DNA of 64,000 nucleotides from Candidatus Poribacteria bacterium (lineage in GTDB: Bacteria > Poribacteria > WGA-4E > PCPOR2b): the NCBI GenBank assembly GCA_965218095.1, contig OZ244587.1:1888001-1952000 (forward strand), in the 5' to 3' direction. How positions within the stretch are numbered: position 1 is the stretch's first letter; the number at the start of each line of letters is the position of its first letter. The notes beneath the pieces are model-generated. The model worked only from the letters and a program-made list of their open reading frames with translations. It was not told the origin of the DNA and searched no databases. Position numbers and translations under genes: made by a program. Of the stretch, positions 10,932-20,902 are shown one piece after another.

Positions 10932-12674
10932 ATCCGCAGTTTATTAAGCCTTAGGAAGTACGTTGTCCGCTACCGATTCGCGGTTATTGCGAGTTTTTTC
11001 TTTGTGCTTGCGACAAATGGTGTCATTGTGATCAGTCCTAAGCTCCTGAAGTGGGTCATCGATGATTTGACGCGAACGATAACCCCGCGAAAGGTTTTCT
11101 TTTACGCCCTTCTTATTTTCGGCGTTGCCATTGTTGGCGGTGTGCTTCGATTTGGTCAGCGACAGGTTATCCAGAGCGCGGCGAGGCGGATTGAGTACCA
11201 CCTGCGGAACGACTTTTTCACGCACCTGCAAAAACTGTCCGCCGCCTACTATAACGATGTCCGTACCGGCGACCTCATGGCGCGAGCGACAAGCGACATG
11301 AACGCTGTCCGTATGGTTCTCAGCAGCGCAATCTCGTACACCGCAGATGCCATCGTCTTTTTTGCGCTGGCGCTGATCATCATGCTGCACATCGACGTGA
11401 CGTTGACGCTTTTCGCGCTGTTACCGTATCCAATCCTCGCGATCTTGATTCGAGAGCTTGGCAAGCGTGTCCACAAACATTACGAACGCATCCAGGAAGC
11501 CTTTTCCACAATGAATACTAAAGTGCAAGAGAACCTGTCTGGCGTGCGTGTTGTCAAAGCCTACACGCTTGAGGAGAGCGAGGTGGACGATTTTGAGAGA
11601 CTCAACCAGAACTTTGTAGAACGCAACCGCGCCCAGGTCCGGCTCATGACCTTCTTCTTTCCGCTGTTTCGATTTTTGCCGGGGCTCGGCGTCGTTGTTC
11701 TCCTGTGGCTCGGCGGCGCCCGCGTGATTGAGGGAAAGATCACGTTGGGTGACTTTGTGTCTTTCAACGCCTATTTGATGATGCTCATCCGTCCGATGAT
11801 TACGTTTGGATTCGTTGTCAATTCCTTTGAACGCGGCGCGGCTTCGATGGAACGAATTAACAAGATTCTCGACGTACAGCCGGAGATCTCCGATGGCGAA
11901 ACCGCACGCCATGACATCGAAACGATTCATGGCGAAATCGAATTCAGAAACCTCAACTTTGCTTATCCGGAAGGTACACCGGTGCTCAGGAATATTGACC
12001 TCAAGATCGAACGTGGGGCGACAGTTGCAATTGTCGGCGGGACGGGCTCTGGTAAAACGACCCTGGTCAACCACCTCCCTCGCATTCGCCAAACCGAGCG
12101 TGGGATGGTTTTCATTGATGGCGTCGATATCCAGGACATCCTCCTGCAAATCCTCAGATCCAATATCGGTTTTGTTGAGCAGGAGCCGTTTCTCTTTTCC
12201 GATTTCCTGCGAAGCAACATCACTTACGGCGTCGAAGAGGCAGGTGAAGTCGAGATCAAGGAGATGGCGCACACTTCCGATCTGCTAGCGCAGATCGAGG
12301 AGTTTCCTGATGGATTAGACACCTTCTTAGGTGAGCGAGGGGTCACAATCTCCGGTGGACAGAAGCAGCGGACGGCGTTGGCGCGCGCCATTATGGTCCG
12401 TCCGAAGATCCTCATCTTGGACGACGCTTTTGCTAGTGTGGACACCCATACGGAGGACACCATCCTCACACGCCTGAAGGAGATTATGGAAGACCGTACG
12501 ACTATCTTGATTTCCCATCGAATCTCGACCGTCAAATCAGCGGATCTGATCGTCGTTCTGGAAGATGGGGGGATCGTCGAGCGCGGCACGCATGAAGAGC
12601 TACTTGCGCACGACGGCATTTACGCACACATCTACAAGAAACAGTTGTTGCAAGAAGAGCTTGAGAAACTCTAA
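10932..12674 (+). CDS. ABC transporter ATP-binding/permease (exporter subunit 1)
   Basis: TM domain, GGTGSGKT, ISGGQKQR, ILDD; frame is open back to ATC at 10932, downstream of AAAGGAG. Confidence 0.92.
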   Translation: MRSLLSLRKYVVRYRFAVIASFFFVLATNGVIVISPKLLKWVIDDLTRTITPRKVFFYALLIFGVAIVGGVLRFGQRQVIQSAARRIEYHLRNDFFTHLQKLSAAYYNDVRTGDLMARATSDMNAVRMVLSSAISYTADAIVFFALALIIMLHIDVTLTLFALLPYPILAILIRELGKRVHKHYERIQEAFSTMNTKVQENLSGVRVVKAYTLEESEVDDFERLNQNFVERNRAQVRLMTFFFPLFRFLPGLGVVVLLWLGGARVIEGKITLGDFVSFNAYLMMLIRPMITFGFVVNSFERGAASMERINKILDVQPEISDGETARHDIETIHGEIEFRNLNFAYPEGTPVLRNIDLKIERGATVAIVGGTGSGKTTLVNHLPRIRQTERGMVFIDGVDIQDILLQILRSNIGFVEQEPFLFSDFLRSNITYGVEEAGEVEIKEMAHTSDLLAQIEEFPDGLDTFLGERGVTISGGQKQRTALARAIMVRPKILILDDAFASVDTHTEDTILTRLKEIMEDRTTILISHRISTVKSADLIVVLEDGGIVERGTHEELLAHDGIYAHIYKKQLLQEELEKL

Positions 12675-12692
12675 CACCAGGAGGTTTCATGA

Positions 12693-14495
12693 ATGTTTGG
12701 TAGTGGTGGCGGTGGCGGTAGTCGTCTCTACGACTATAGCGAAGAGGAACAAGACCTTGGTAAAGTTTACGACCGCGTGTTGATGAAGCGCCTGATTGCT
12801 TATCTGAAACCATATCGCCTTGAAGTTGTACTCATCGTGTTTCTGATGATCGGCAACACGCTGTCTGAGGTGATACTGCCACTTTTGATTCAGCGCGGCA
12901 TTGACCACTATATTCGACCAGGGATGCTGGTGGGACTGGAAACGATTGCGACTTATTATGTCCTTGCCCTGATGGCGAAATTCATATTCAGCTATTTTGA
13001 AGAGTACCGAATGCAGATGGTGGGGCAGAAGGTCATGTATGATCTGCGCATGAAACTCTTTTCGCATCTGCAACGGCTGGATGTCGGTTTCTTTGATCGC
13101 AATCCGGTTGGACGGCTGATGACCCGCGTGATGGGCGACGTCCAGATACTCAATGAGTTATTCACGTCAGGAATTGTCACGGTCTTTGCAAACCTGTTGA
13201 GCATCCTCGGCATCGTCGCAATGCTGCTATATTTGAATTGGAAGTTGGCGCTCGTGACCTTTACAGTGGTACCAATCATCTTCGCGGCGACGACCGTTTA
13301 TCAAGTCTACTCCCGCCGCGCCTTCCGCGATCAACGAAAATATCTCGCGCAGATCAACGCCTTTCTGAACGAAAGTATCGTCGGCATGACCACGATGCAG
13401 TTATTCACGCAGGAACCGCGTAGCTTCTTGAAGTTCGACGAGAAGAACCAACAATACCTCGGCGCGAATCTGCGCAGCATCTTCTACTTCTCGCTCTTCT
13501 CCCCGATGATTGAGGTCTGCGGTTCGCTCGCCCTGGCGGTTATCATCTGGTATGGCGGCGGGCAGATTCTACAAGACACCATAACCTTAGGTACGCTGGT
13601 CGCTTTTATTCAATACAGTCAACGCTTCTTCTGGCCCATTCGGGAGCTCAGCGAGAAGTACACAATCTTCCAGAACGCGATGGCGTCGTCTGAACGGATT
13701 TTTGACCTGATGGATACACAGCCGACAATTGTGACCCCGCCTCCGTCCAAGTTGAACGGCGAAATTGAGTTCCGCAATGTCTGGTTCGCTTACAACGCCG
13801 AGTATTATGTCCTGCGCGATGTCTCCTTCAAGGTGAAGGCGGGCGAAAAGGTCGCGATTGTGGGTCACACAGGGGCGGGCAAAACATCGATCATCAACCT
13901 GCTGTGTCGATTCTACGAAGTAAACGAGGGACAAATTCTGATTGATGGCACGGATCTTCGAAGAATGGAGTTGCAAGACCTCCGGCGTGCTATCAACATT
14001 GTGCAGCAGAATATCTTCCTGTTTTCCGGGACAATCGAGAAGAATATTAATCTGGACAATCCGGAGATTTCAAAGGAGGATACGATTGCCGCCGCAAAAG
14101 AGGTGCATCTGGATGGATTCGTTCAGAAGATGCCGGACGGCTACGCGACTGAAGTCAAAGAGGGCGGGGCGGGATTGTCCGTTGGTCAGAAGCAGCTTGT
14201 CGCTTTTGCGCGTGCGCTGGCTTCAGACCCTGAGATTCTCATCCTCGACGAAGCGACTTCCAGTGTGGACACCGAAACCGAACTCCTCATCCAGGACGCG
14301 CTCAGTCGCCTGATGGCAAATCGCACGTCGATTGTGATTGCGCACCGGCTGTCAACCATTCAGAACGCCGACAAAATCATCGTCATGCACCGGGGCGAGA
14401 TTCGAGAGATGGGGACGCATAACGAACTGCTTCAGGAGCGGGGCATCTATTATCGGCTGTATCAGCTTCAGTACAAGGGGCAGGAGGTTGGTTGA
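12693..14495 (+). CDS. ABC transporter ATP-binding/permease (exporter subunit 2)
   Basis: GHTGAGKT, LSVGQKQ, ILDEATS; forms a heterodimeric exporter pair with the upstream gene. Confidence 0.95.
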   Translation: MFGSGGGGGSRLYDYSEEEQDLGKVYDRVLMKRLIAYLKPYRLEVVLIVFLMIGNTLSEVILPLLIQRGIDHYIRPGMLVGLETIATYYVLALMAKFIFSYFEEYRMQMVGQKVMYDLRMKLFSHLQRLDVGFFDRNPVGRLMTRVMGDVQILNELFTSGIVTVFANLLSILGIVAMLLYLNWKLALVTFTVVPIIFAATTVYQVYSRRAFRDQRKYLAQINAFLNESIVGMTTMQLFTQEPRSFLKFDEKNQQYLGANLRSIFYFSLFSPMIEVCGSLALAVIIWYGGGQILQDTITLGTLVAFIQYSQRFFWPIRELSEKYTIFQNAMASSERIFDLMDTQPTIVTPPPSKLNGEIEFRNVWFAYNAEYYVLRDVSFKVKAGEKVAIVGHTGAGKTSIINLLCRFYEVNEGQILIDGTDLRRMELQDLRRAINIVQQNIFLFSGTIEKNINLDNPEISKEDTIAAAKEVHLDGFVQKMPDGYATEVKEGGAGLSVGQKQLVAFARALASDPEILILDEATSSVDTETELLIQDALSRLMANRTSIVIAHRLSTIQNADKIIVMHRGEIREMGTHNELLQERGIYYRLYQLQYKGQEVG

Positions 14496-14499
14496 CAAG

Positions 14500-14590
14500 G
14501 CGGCTCCGGCACGATATAGGTATTCCGAGCGCCCATATTAAACAATGTCCGGCAGTCTCGTCCATTGATCTTTTGACGTATTCTTCCCAT
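14500..14590 (-). pseudogene. Fragment of a retropepsin-like aspartyl protease
   Basis: GGAGG RBS followed by MGRIRQKINGRDCRTLFNMGARNTYIV (degenerate 'LFDTGA'); truncated. Confidence 0.45.
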
Positions 14591-14951
14591 TTTTACCTCC
14601 CTGATATGATGGTACTGCTGCGTGAAATAAATTCCTGACAACAAGAAACCATCGAGCATAAAACGCCGATTCTACAAGGGTTTGAAGCCCATTCACCAAA
14701 ACTTAATTCACACAACAGTATGCATCGTACACACTAAAATACTGCGCTGCAACCGTATCGGTCCCGGATTTGATGGCACAGAGAACGAACGAGGCGCACA
14801 TCAGTCACCGGCATGTCGCCGATCGACTGGATGCACCGGTTGGGCGGGATCGCTGCCTGAACCGACCTGCTGAACGAAGCGAACCGCAGGCACTGCTCGA
14901 CCCTCCTGGCAGCCTCTACCACAACTGTACCTAGCGCAATTTCCGCAATAA

Positions 14952-15992
14952 TTATTCACCCGTCATCCGCTGTAAGTCTACCTCAAGACTCTTAATTATG
15001 GCAAGGGTGCCCGGGTCTGGCTCAAGCTGGTATGCTTTTTTATACGCTTCGAGGGCAGCTTCCGGGTCTTGCAGGAAGGCGTGATGAATCTGTCCGATCC
15101 ACTGGTAGGCATCAATTTCAGTTGGATCTAGCGCCACGATTTTCTCATAAACCGCAAGCGCCTCGTCGTAAGCACGTTCCTCCCCGCCACGCCGGAGTAC
15201 AGCCGCTCTTCCGTAGAGCAGTCCAATAAGTTCCCCTTTGGCTTCTGTGAAGTCCGGATCGCGCCTGACCACCTCCTCAAGAACTGCGATCCCTTTATCT
15301 TCCAGCCCGGCAAGCTGTGCTTGCTCCTCGTCTGTGAGTTCCCGATCAATGAACTGGTAACCCTGAAGGAGACTGCGGTAAGTTCGTGATAATTGCAGTC
15401 GAGCTTGCAGACCGGTGGGCGCGGATTCAAACGGCAAGTTAATCAAGTCCGGATCATTTTCGACCGCCTTCTCGTAGTAAACAATCGCTTGCTCATATTG
15501 CTTGGTTCCTTGGTATAATACGCCTAATGAGTAATGCGCCTCTGCATGCATTGGGTCTTCCTCTACTACCTTCAAGAACTCTTTCACAGCCAACACTTGT
15601 TCACCCTTGTCACGCAGCAGTTTTCCGCGAAGTAAGTGGACATCAGCGTGATCAGGATTAATTTTTGCAGCACGTTCGAGGTGCGTTTCTGCGTCCTCTG
15701 CCCAGTTGCTGTGGAAGTAGATTTCCGAAACTCGCAGGCGTGCGTGCAGCAGCGACTCAGGCTTGATGCTGTGGGCGTCAGCTTCAAAAGCCTGGATTGC
15801 TCGCCAGTATTCAATCAGGGCTTTTGGTAGGTCCTGTTTTGCAAAGTCTTTATCCCCCTGTTCGATAAAGGCTTGCGCCTGTGACGAAGGCGGTAAAGTT
15901 GCCTCTACTCCGCCCCTTCTCGTGTTCAGAAATATCAGAGCGATGAGTAAAACCAGAATGACCGCTTCAAAATAAGGTAGCCATTTACGCAT
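14952..15992 (-). CDS. Membrane-anchored tetratricopeptide repeat protein
   Basis: N-terminal TM helix and several TPRs (AEAHYSLGVLY..., YEKAVENDP). Confidence 0.88.
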   Translation of the reverse strand: MRKWLPYFEAVILVLLIALIFLNTRRGGVEATLPPSSQAQAFIEQGDKDFAKQDLPKALIEYWRAIQAFEADAHSIKPESLLHARLRVSEIYFHSNWAEDAETHLERAAKINPDHADVHLLRGKLLRDKGEQVLAVKEFLKVVEEDPMHAEAHYSLGVLYQGTKQYEQAIVYYEKAVENDPDLINLPFESAPTGLQARLQLSRTYRSLLQGYQFIDRELTDEEQAQLAGLEDKGIAVLEEVVRRDPDFTEAKGELIGLLYGRAAVLRRGGEERAYDEALAVYEKIVALDPTEIDAYQWIGQIHHAFLQDPEAALEAYKKAYQLEPDPGTLAIIKSLEVDLQRMTGE

Positions 15993-16028
15993 GTTTGATC
16001 ACTCCTCATTCATGGAGATTTCTCTGTT

Positions 16029-17882
16029 TCAATTAATCTTCTCCACGCGCGCCAAAAACTCCTTCGGCTCAACGAGCTTTTCGAGTCTTTTCTCCTTCAA
16101 CTGGTTCCCTTTAGAATCAAAGAAAAGAACGACGGGTAAGCCGACAATATTGTACTTTTGCTTCAGCCGTTCAACCTCATCTGAATTCCTGGTGAAGTCC
16201 AGCTTGACGTTTACAAATTTCGACAACTTTGATTTCACGGCTGGATGGGAATAGGTGTGTTCTAGTTCGTTGCAAGCCGCGCACCATGTCGCGTAGAAAT
16301 CGAGCATGACAGGTTTGCCTTCCCTTCGCCCAATCTCAAGGCCCTGTGCCTCGTCAGCGATCCAGACCAGGTCGCTCTCCACCATCGTGAATCCCCCAAC
16401 GAACATATAAATCCCAACGACCACCAATAAAACGCCAAACGCTTTGCGGAGTTGCACCGGAAGGGACAGGTCTTTGAATCGCCGGGAAAATTTGCCCAGT
16501 AAAACGCCAGCCAGCACGAACACACCTGCGATAGCGAAAAAACCGACGGAATTCTTGAGGAACGCACCTAATGGTGGGATAACCTCTTTGAGGAAATACA
16601 GCGCCACCGCGATGATTGCGACGCCAAATATGTTTTCTAAGATATACATCCAGCCCCCAGATCCCGGCAACGATGAAATGACGCCTGAAAAAGTGCCGAT
16701 CAGGATGAAGAGCAATCCCATGCCAAGTGCGTAAGTCAAAAGCAGCCAGAATCCAAGAAAGATGCTGCTTGTTGTGGCGACATAAGAAAGGACTGCGCCC
16801 AGCGCCGGTCCCGTGCAAGGTGCTGCGATGATGCCGGCAACAGTACCCATCGCAAACGCGCCAGCGAACCCGGCACCGCCGACGGTATTAAGCCTGTTCT
16901 GCACCGCGTAAGGTACACGGAGCTCAAACACGCCAAGCATAGAAACCCCAAGTGCAATCAAAATACCGCAAACAGGAATCATCACCCTTGGGTCTGCCAT
17001 TATTTGTCCAAAGACTGCACCCGTAGATGCGACAGCAATACCCAAGATTGAGTATGTCAGCGCAATACCCAATACATAAGTGACAGATAAAGAAAAAGAC
17101 TTCAAGCGGCTTGTTGACTCACCCGCACCGAAGACTGAAACCGTGATAGGAATCAACGGGTAAACACACGGCGTGAAACTCGTTAAAATTCCGCCCACAA
17201 AAACAAAGAGGAATGCCCAGAAGTAACCTTTCGATAACGCTTGGGAGAACTTCCCGGTTTCGCTTGTGGCAGGAGTGGAATCCGCTGGGAGGCTGAATCG
17301 AATGCTCGCAAAGATCGCGTCGTTCGTTGGTTGAATCGGTTGGTCCAACCCAACAATTTCAATCGGAACATCTACATCGATTGTCTTCGGCAATAAACAC
17401 ACTTCGTCGCTACACGCCTGATACGTCAACTGGAGGGGCAGCGTTATCTGCCCCAACGGGGTTGAGTTGCGTAGCGTTGCTTGAACGCCGATAACAGCTT
17501 GATCGTGATACACAGGGACTTTCCCACCAAGCGAGGCAATTTCAAGGACCTCCGCCTCTGGATACACAACTTCACTGAATGTCAGATCAGGAGTATCAGG
17601 CAGGATCACTTCCGTGGGGATTAAGTTTTCCCCGGCGGGATTCGCATTGGCGTGCCAGTCGGGTGCAAACTTCATCAAGATAGCAATCTGAAATGTGCTG
17701 CCGGGCTGCACTTTATTTACCGACAATACCCCGTGCGCTGTGACAATCTCGGCTGGCTCGGCACCTTTCTTAATCAGTCCGAAACTTGATAACTGTCCCA
17801 ATGCGGTCAGGGGTATGCCGATGTTTAGCGCACAAATAAGGCATAACAAAAAGTAGGCGCGGAAAACTGATTTTCTAATCAT
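16029..17882 (-). CDS. dsbD: Protein-disulfide reductase DsbD
   Basis: N-terminal QACSDEVC, TPCVYP and APCTGP in the TM domain, WCAAC thioredoxin domain. Confidence 0.93.
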   Translation of the reverse strand: MIRKSVFRAYFLLCLICALNIGIPLTALGQLSSFGLIKKGAEPAEIVTAHGVLSVNKVQPGSTFQIAILMKFAPDWHANANPAGENLIPTEVILPDTPDLTFSEVVYPEAEVLEIASLGGKVPVYHDQAVIGVQATLRNSTPLGQITLPLQLTYQACSDEVCLLPKTIDVDVPIEIVGLDQPIQPTNDAIFASIRFSLPADSTPATSETGKFSQALSKGYFWAFLFVFVGGILTSFTPCVYPLIPITVSVFGAGESTSRLKSFSLSVTYVLGIALTYSILGIAVASTGAVFGQIMADPRVMIPVCGILIALGVSMLGVFELRVPYAVQNRLNTVGGAGFAGAFAMGTVAGIIAAPCTGPALGAVLSYVATTSSIFLGFWLLLTYALGMGLLFILIGTFSGVISSLPGSGGWMYILENIFGVAIIAVALYFLKEVIPPLGAFLKNSVGFFAIAGVFVLAGVLLGKFSRRFKDLSLPVQLRKAFGVLLVVVGIYMFVGGFTMVESDLVWIADEAQGLEIGRREGKPVMLDFYATWCAACNELEHTYSHPAVKSKLSKFVNVKLDFTRNSDEVERLKQKYNIVGLPVVLFFDSKGNQLKEKRLEKLVEPKEFLARVEKIN

Positions 17883-17955
17883 GTGTAAAACTTCTCCGGA
17901 TGTCAAAAACCTTTGAAAGGTTCACGCCCACTCAAAGGCCTCTGACAGGTGAGAC

Positions 17956-18396
17956 TTATTTTTTCAACGACTTATTAATCTCTGCACTCATTTCCTTTAA
18001 CGTCTGCTTGCTCGTCAGGCGAGCTGATATATTCCGCTTCTCACTACCCAGCAGTAAAATGAAGCCTGTTCCCTGATTTGCTTTGTAGGCTTCACCCATT
18101 CCGAGTGCTGAGGCAAGCAATTCCGACTGATAGTGAGTGGTTCGATTCGTGAAATCTAGGGTGACAAAGAGTACAGGCTTTCCATCGAACTTGTTTTGCA
18201 AATCGGTGAAGATGGCACCCATCTTTTTGCAAAAGCCTCACCAATCTGCGTGAAACTTTACGGCGATTATCTTTGGGGCAGCAGGTTCCTTGGCTGACTC
18301 CTCGCCAGACAAACCGATGGTCGTTACAATCAAGATGGTCGTTGCCATGATGGACAGGGCAACCAAAATCCATCGAAACTGAATGAGATGTTTCAT
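17956..18396 (-). CDS. Exported thioredoxin-like selenoprotein (UGFC), 146 aa with Sec at codon 53
   Basis: In-frame TGA at 18238-18240 in KFHADW-U-GFCKKM; hairpin AAGAUGG-GUG-CCAUCUU starts 13 nt downstream; AAGGAGA RBS. Confidence 0.85.
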
Positions 18397-18660
18397 GGTG
18401 TTTCTCCTTTCGGTGTTTACGGTTTTGAGTTGTTTGTCTAGGACGCGCGAACTTCTTCTGTCCGTCAACGACAGTATTCGCGATTACAATGCCCGGAATT
18501 ATTTCAGGGACAGTCATCATTTAGAAGGCTGTAACTTTGTTACAAGAAGAGAGCAACGGGACAGGAGAAAAGAAAGAAAATCAATTGCGGATTGCGGGCA
18601 CCCTATTTGCTAGAGGCATCCACAATCCGCGCATGTATTACGTAACATCACGTTTCACAC

Positions 18661-20223
18661 TTACTTCGGTTCAAGGATAGCGCAGGGTAAAATCATCTCT
18701 TCCATCGAGATGCCACCATGCTGAAATCCCCCATGAAACTGACGTTTATAGTCGTTAAACTGATTTGGGTAAACAAAGTAATAGTCCTCTTTGGCAAGGA
18801 CGTAATTTTTTTCAAAGGGTTCATCAGGTAGCATGTAGCGTTCCGGCTGGGTAACTCTCAACCCAGCTTCCTCATCACATAAAAGCTCACCGCCTAACTT
18901 GAATCGAAGTCCATTGGTTGCAGGTCGGTCACCTGAGATTTTCGCTGCATGCTGACACAAGATCGAACCGTGGTCTGAAGTCAAAATCACCGTAACGCCT
19001 CGATCCGCAAGCAACTTCAGAATTTTATATAATCCTGAATGCTGAAACCAACCCTCCACAAATGCGCGAAACGCAGTTTCATCGGGAATGAGTTGTTTGA
19101 GTAAGCCAATCTCAGATCGTTTATGCGTCAGGAGGTCGAGAAAGTCAACAACCACCGCTGCTAAACTGATGCGATTGACATTGCTAATCCATTGCAGGTA
19201 CTCTATCTCCCCACGCATATCGAAGATCTTAAAATACTGTGGAGGGGGTTTGAGGTGAATACCATGTCGTCCCAGTTGCAATCGCATCAGGTCTTTCTCA
19301 TGGCGATTGACACTAGTGTTGTCATCATCAATTTCTACCCATAAATCCGGATAGCGCTGTGCAAACTGTAGGGGAAACAAGCCACTGAAAATCGCATTCC
19401 GCGAGTAGTTAGTCGCTGTCGGCAAAATCGAGTAATGATAGTGTGTGGAGATCTGAAAGTAAGGATGCAGGAGAGGCTTAATCTTTAGCCAGTGATCTAG
19501 CCGCATACAGTCGAGCACCACGAAGAACACCTGTTTGCCAACTTGCACCTCTGGAATGACGTATTTGTAGAGAACATCAACCGATAAAGCGGGGGAATCC
19601 TCGCCAACCAGCCAATCACAATAGTGTTCTTCGACATAGCGGGCAAACAGGGCGTTGCACTCCTGTTTCTCCAGCCAGTGCGTCTCACGCAAATCATCGG
19701 CTGTGTCTAGTTCATCTAAGCGCAAATCCCATTCGGCAAGCTGAGTATAAATATCAATCCATGTTTTCCAATCGACCTCCTGCTGTTTTAATGCGTTTCG
19801 TTTATTAAAGTCAATCACATATTCTTGAGCAGTGTAATCTTCTTTAACGGCATCATATTCTAGGAGAAACGTCAGTTCTGAGGCAATCTGTTTCGGACTC
19901 AACGGTTTCATTAAAAAATCATCAACGTGATGCATAATTGCCTCATTCATTATCTCCCTTTGCTCGTTTTGGGTTACCATAACTACCGGTAAATGTGGGT
20001 ATCTCTTTTTGATTTCCGAAAGGAGACGAATGCCATCCATATCGGGCATCCTGTGGCTAAGTAGGACCGCGTCATAACTCCCCTCCTCTAACAAAGATAA
20101 CCCATCTGAGCCCATCATTGCAGACGTAATCTGATACCCCTTTTGTTCCAAAAATAGAATGTGTGTGTCTAAACTGTTAATCTCATCATCAATCCACAAA
20201 ATCCTCCTTGTTTGTGCTTGCAT
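18661..20223 (-). CDS. porX: PorX-like response regulator with a PglZ/alkaline-phosphatase domain
   Basis: ILWIDDE receiver, LDCMRLDHW, LPTATNYSRNAIF, TSDHG, FQHGGISMEEM. Confidence 0.85.
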   Translation of the reverse strand: MQAQTRRILWIDDEINSLDTHILFLEQKGYQITSAMMGSDGLSLLEEGSYDAVLLSHRMPDMDGIRLLSEIKKRYPHLPVVMVTQNEQREIMNEAIMHHVDDFLMKPLSPKQIASELTFLLEYDAVKEDYTAQEYVIDFNKRNALKQQEVDWKTWIDIYTQLAEWDLRLDELDTADDLRETHWLEKQECNALFARYVEEHYCDWLVGEDSPALSVDVLYKYVIPEVQVGKQVFFVVLDCMRLDHWLKIKPLLHPYFQISTHYHYSILPTATNYSRNAIFSGLFPLQFAQRYPDLWVEIDDDNTSVNRHEKDLMRLQLGRHGIHLKPPPQYFKIFDMRGEIEYLQWISNVNRISLAAVVVDFLDLLTHKRSEIGLLKQLIPDETAFRAFVEGWFQHSGLYKILKLLADRGVTVILTSDHGSILCQHAAKISGDRPATNGLRFKLGGELLCDEEAGLRVTQPERYMLPDEPFEKNYVLAKEDYYFVYPNQFNDYKRQFHGGFQHGGISMEEMILPCAILEPK

Positions 20224-20224
20224 C

Positions 20225-20794
20225 TCATATCACCTCCTCCCTATATTGTTGCAAGGTTACAGCTTGCAGTTCCGCACGGTATCTCAGACCGGCGGCTTCT
20301 GAACCCTGCATAGCCTTCAAAAGATTAGTTTTTAACTCATCGAAAGTCGCCCAACGCGCATCGGCAATCTCTTTTGTATCGACGGGCTGCAAATGCCCAC
20401 CTATCGCCTGAGCAGTGAATACATGAGATGTCCAGAACACCGTTTCATCCTCAAAAGAAAAATTGACATACACTTTGAGGAGATATTTCTGGAGTTGAAT
20501 CTCTAAACCCGTTTCCTCAAAAGCCTCACGCCGTGCACCGGTTTCAAACTTTTCCCCCCGTTCAATACCACCGCTGGGTGGACGGTAGACATTGGGAGGA
20601 TGGCTTGGTTTTCGGATAACAGCGATCTTATCGCCTTTGAAAATAAATAAAGTTACGTCGTGTGCTCTTCCGTTTCGCATGCTCCACTTGAGCAAGTCAA
20701 ATTCTCTTTGACTCATCGTGTATGCTGTGCGAAGAATACGTGGCACACCGTACTTCTCTTCAAGTTGATTCAAGACTTCTTGAGTGATGTACAT
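20225..20794 (-). CDS. NUDIX hydrolase
   Basis: GGIERGEKFETGARREAFEETGL Nudix box. Confidence 0.9.
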   Translation of the reverse strand: MYITQEVLNQLEEKYGVPRILRTAYTMSQREFDLLKWSMRNGRAHDVTLFIFKGDKIAVIRKPSHPPNVYRPPSGGIERGEKFETGARREAFEETGLEIQLQKYLLKVYVNFSFEDETVFWTSHVFTAQAIGGHLQPVDTKEIADARWATFDELKTNLLKAMQGSEAAGLRYRAELQAVTLQQYREEVI

Positions 20795-20902
20795 GGTGTG
20801 AAACGTAATGCGTATTGCGTAATCAGGTATTATCTATTGCTAGGGAGAGAATCGCAAAAACTCCCCCAGAATTGGGGGCCGGGGGGCGCACACAAAGTCA
20901 AG

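Noticed and set aside
14682-14945. Small ORFs between the ABC and TPR genes
   Set aside because: No recognisable family or RBS; probably decayed sequence.
18661-20223. BREX defence system (PglZ)
   Set aside because: The PglZ-like domain is fused to a receiver domain, as in PorX, and no brx genes are nearby.
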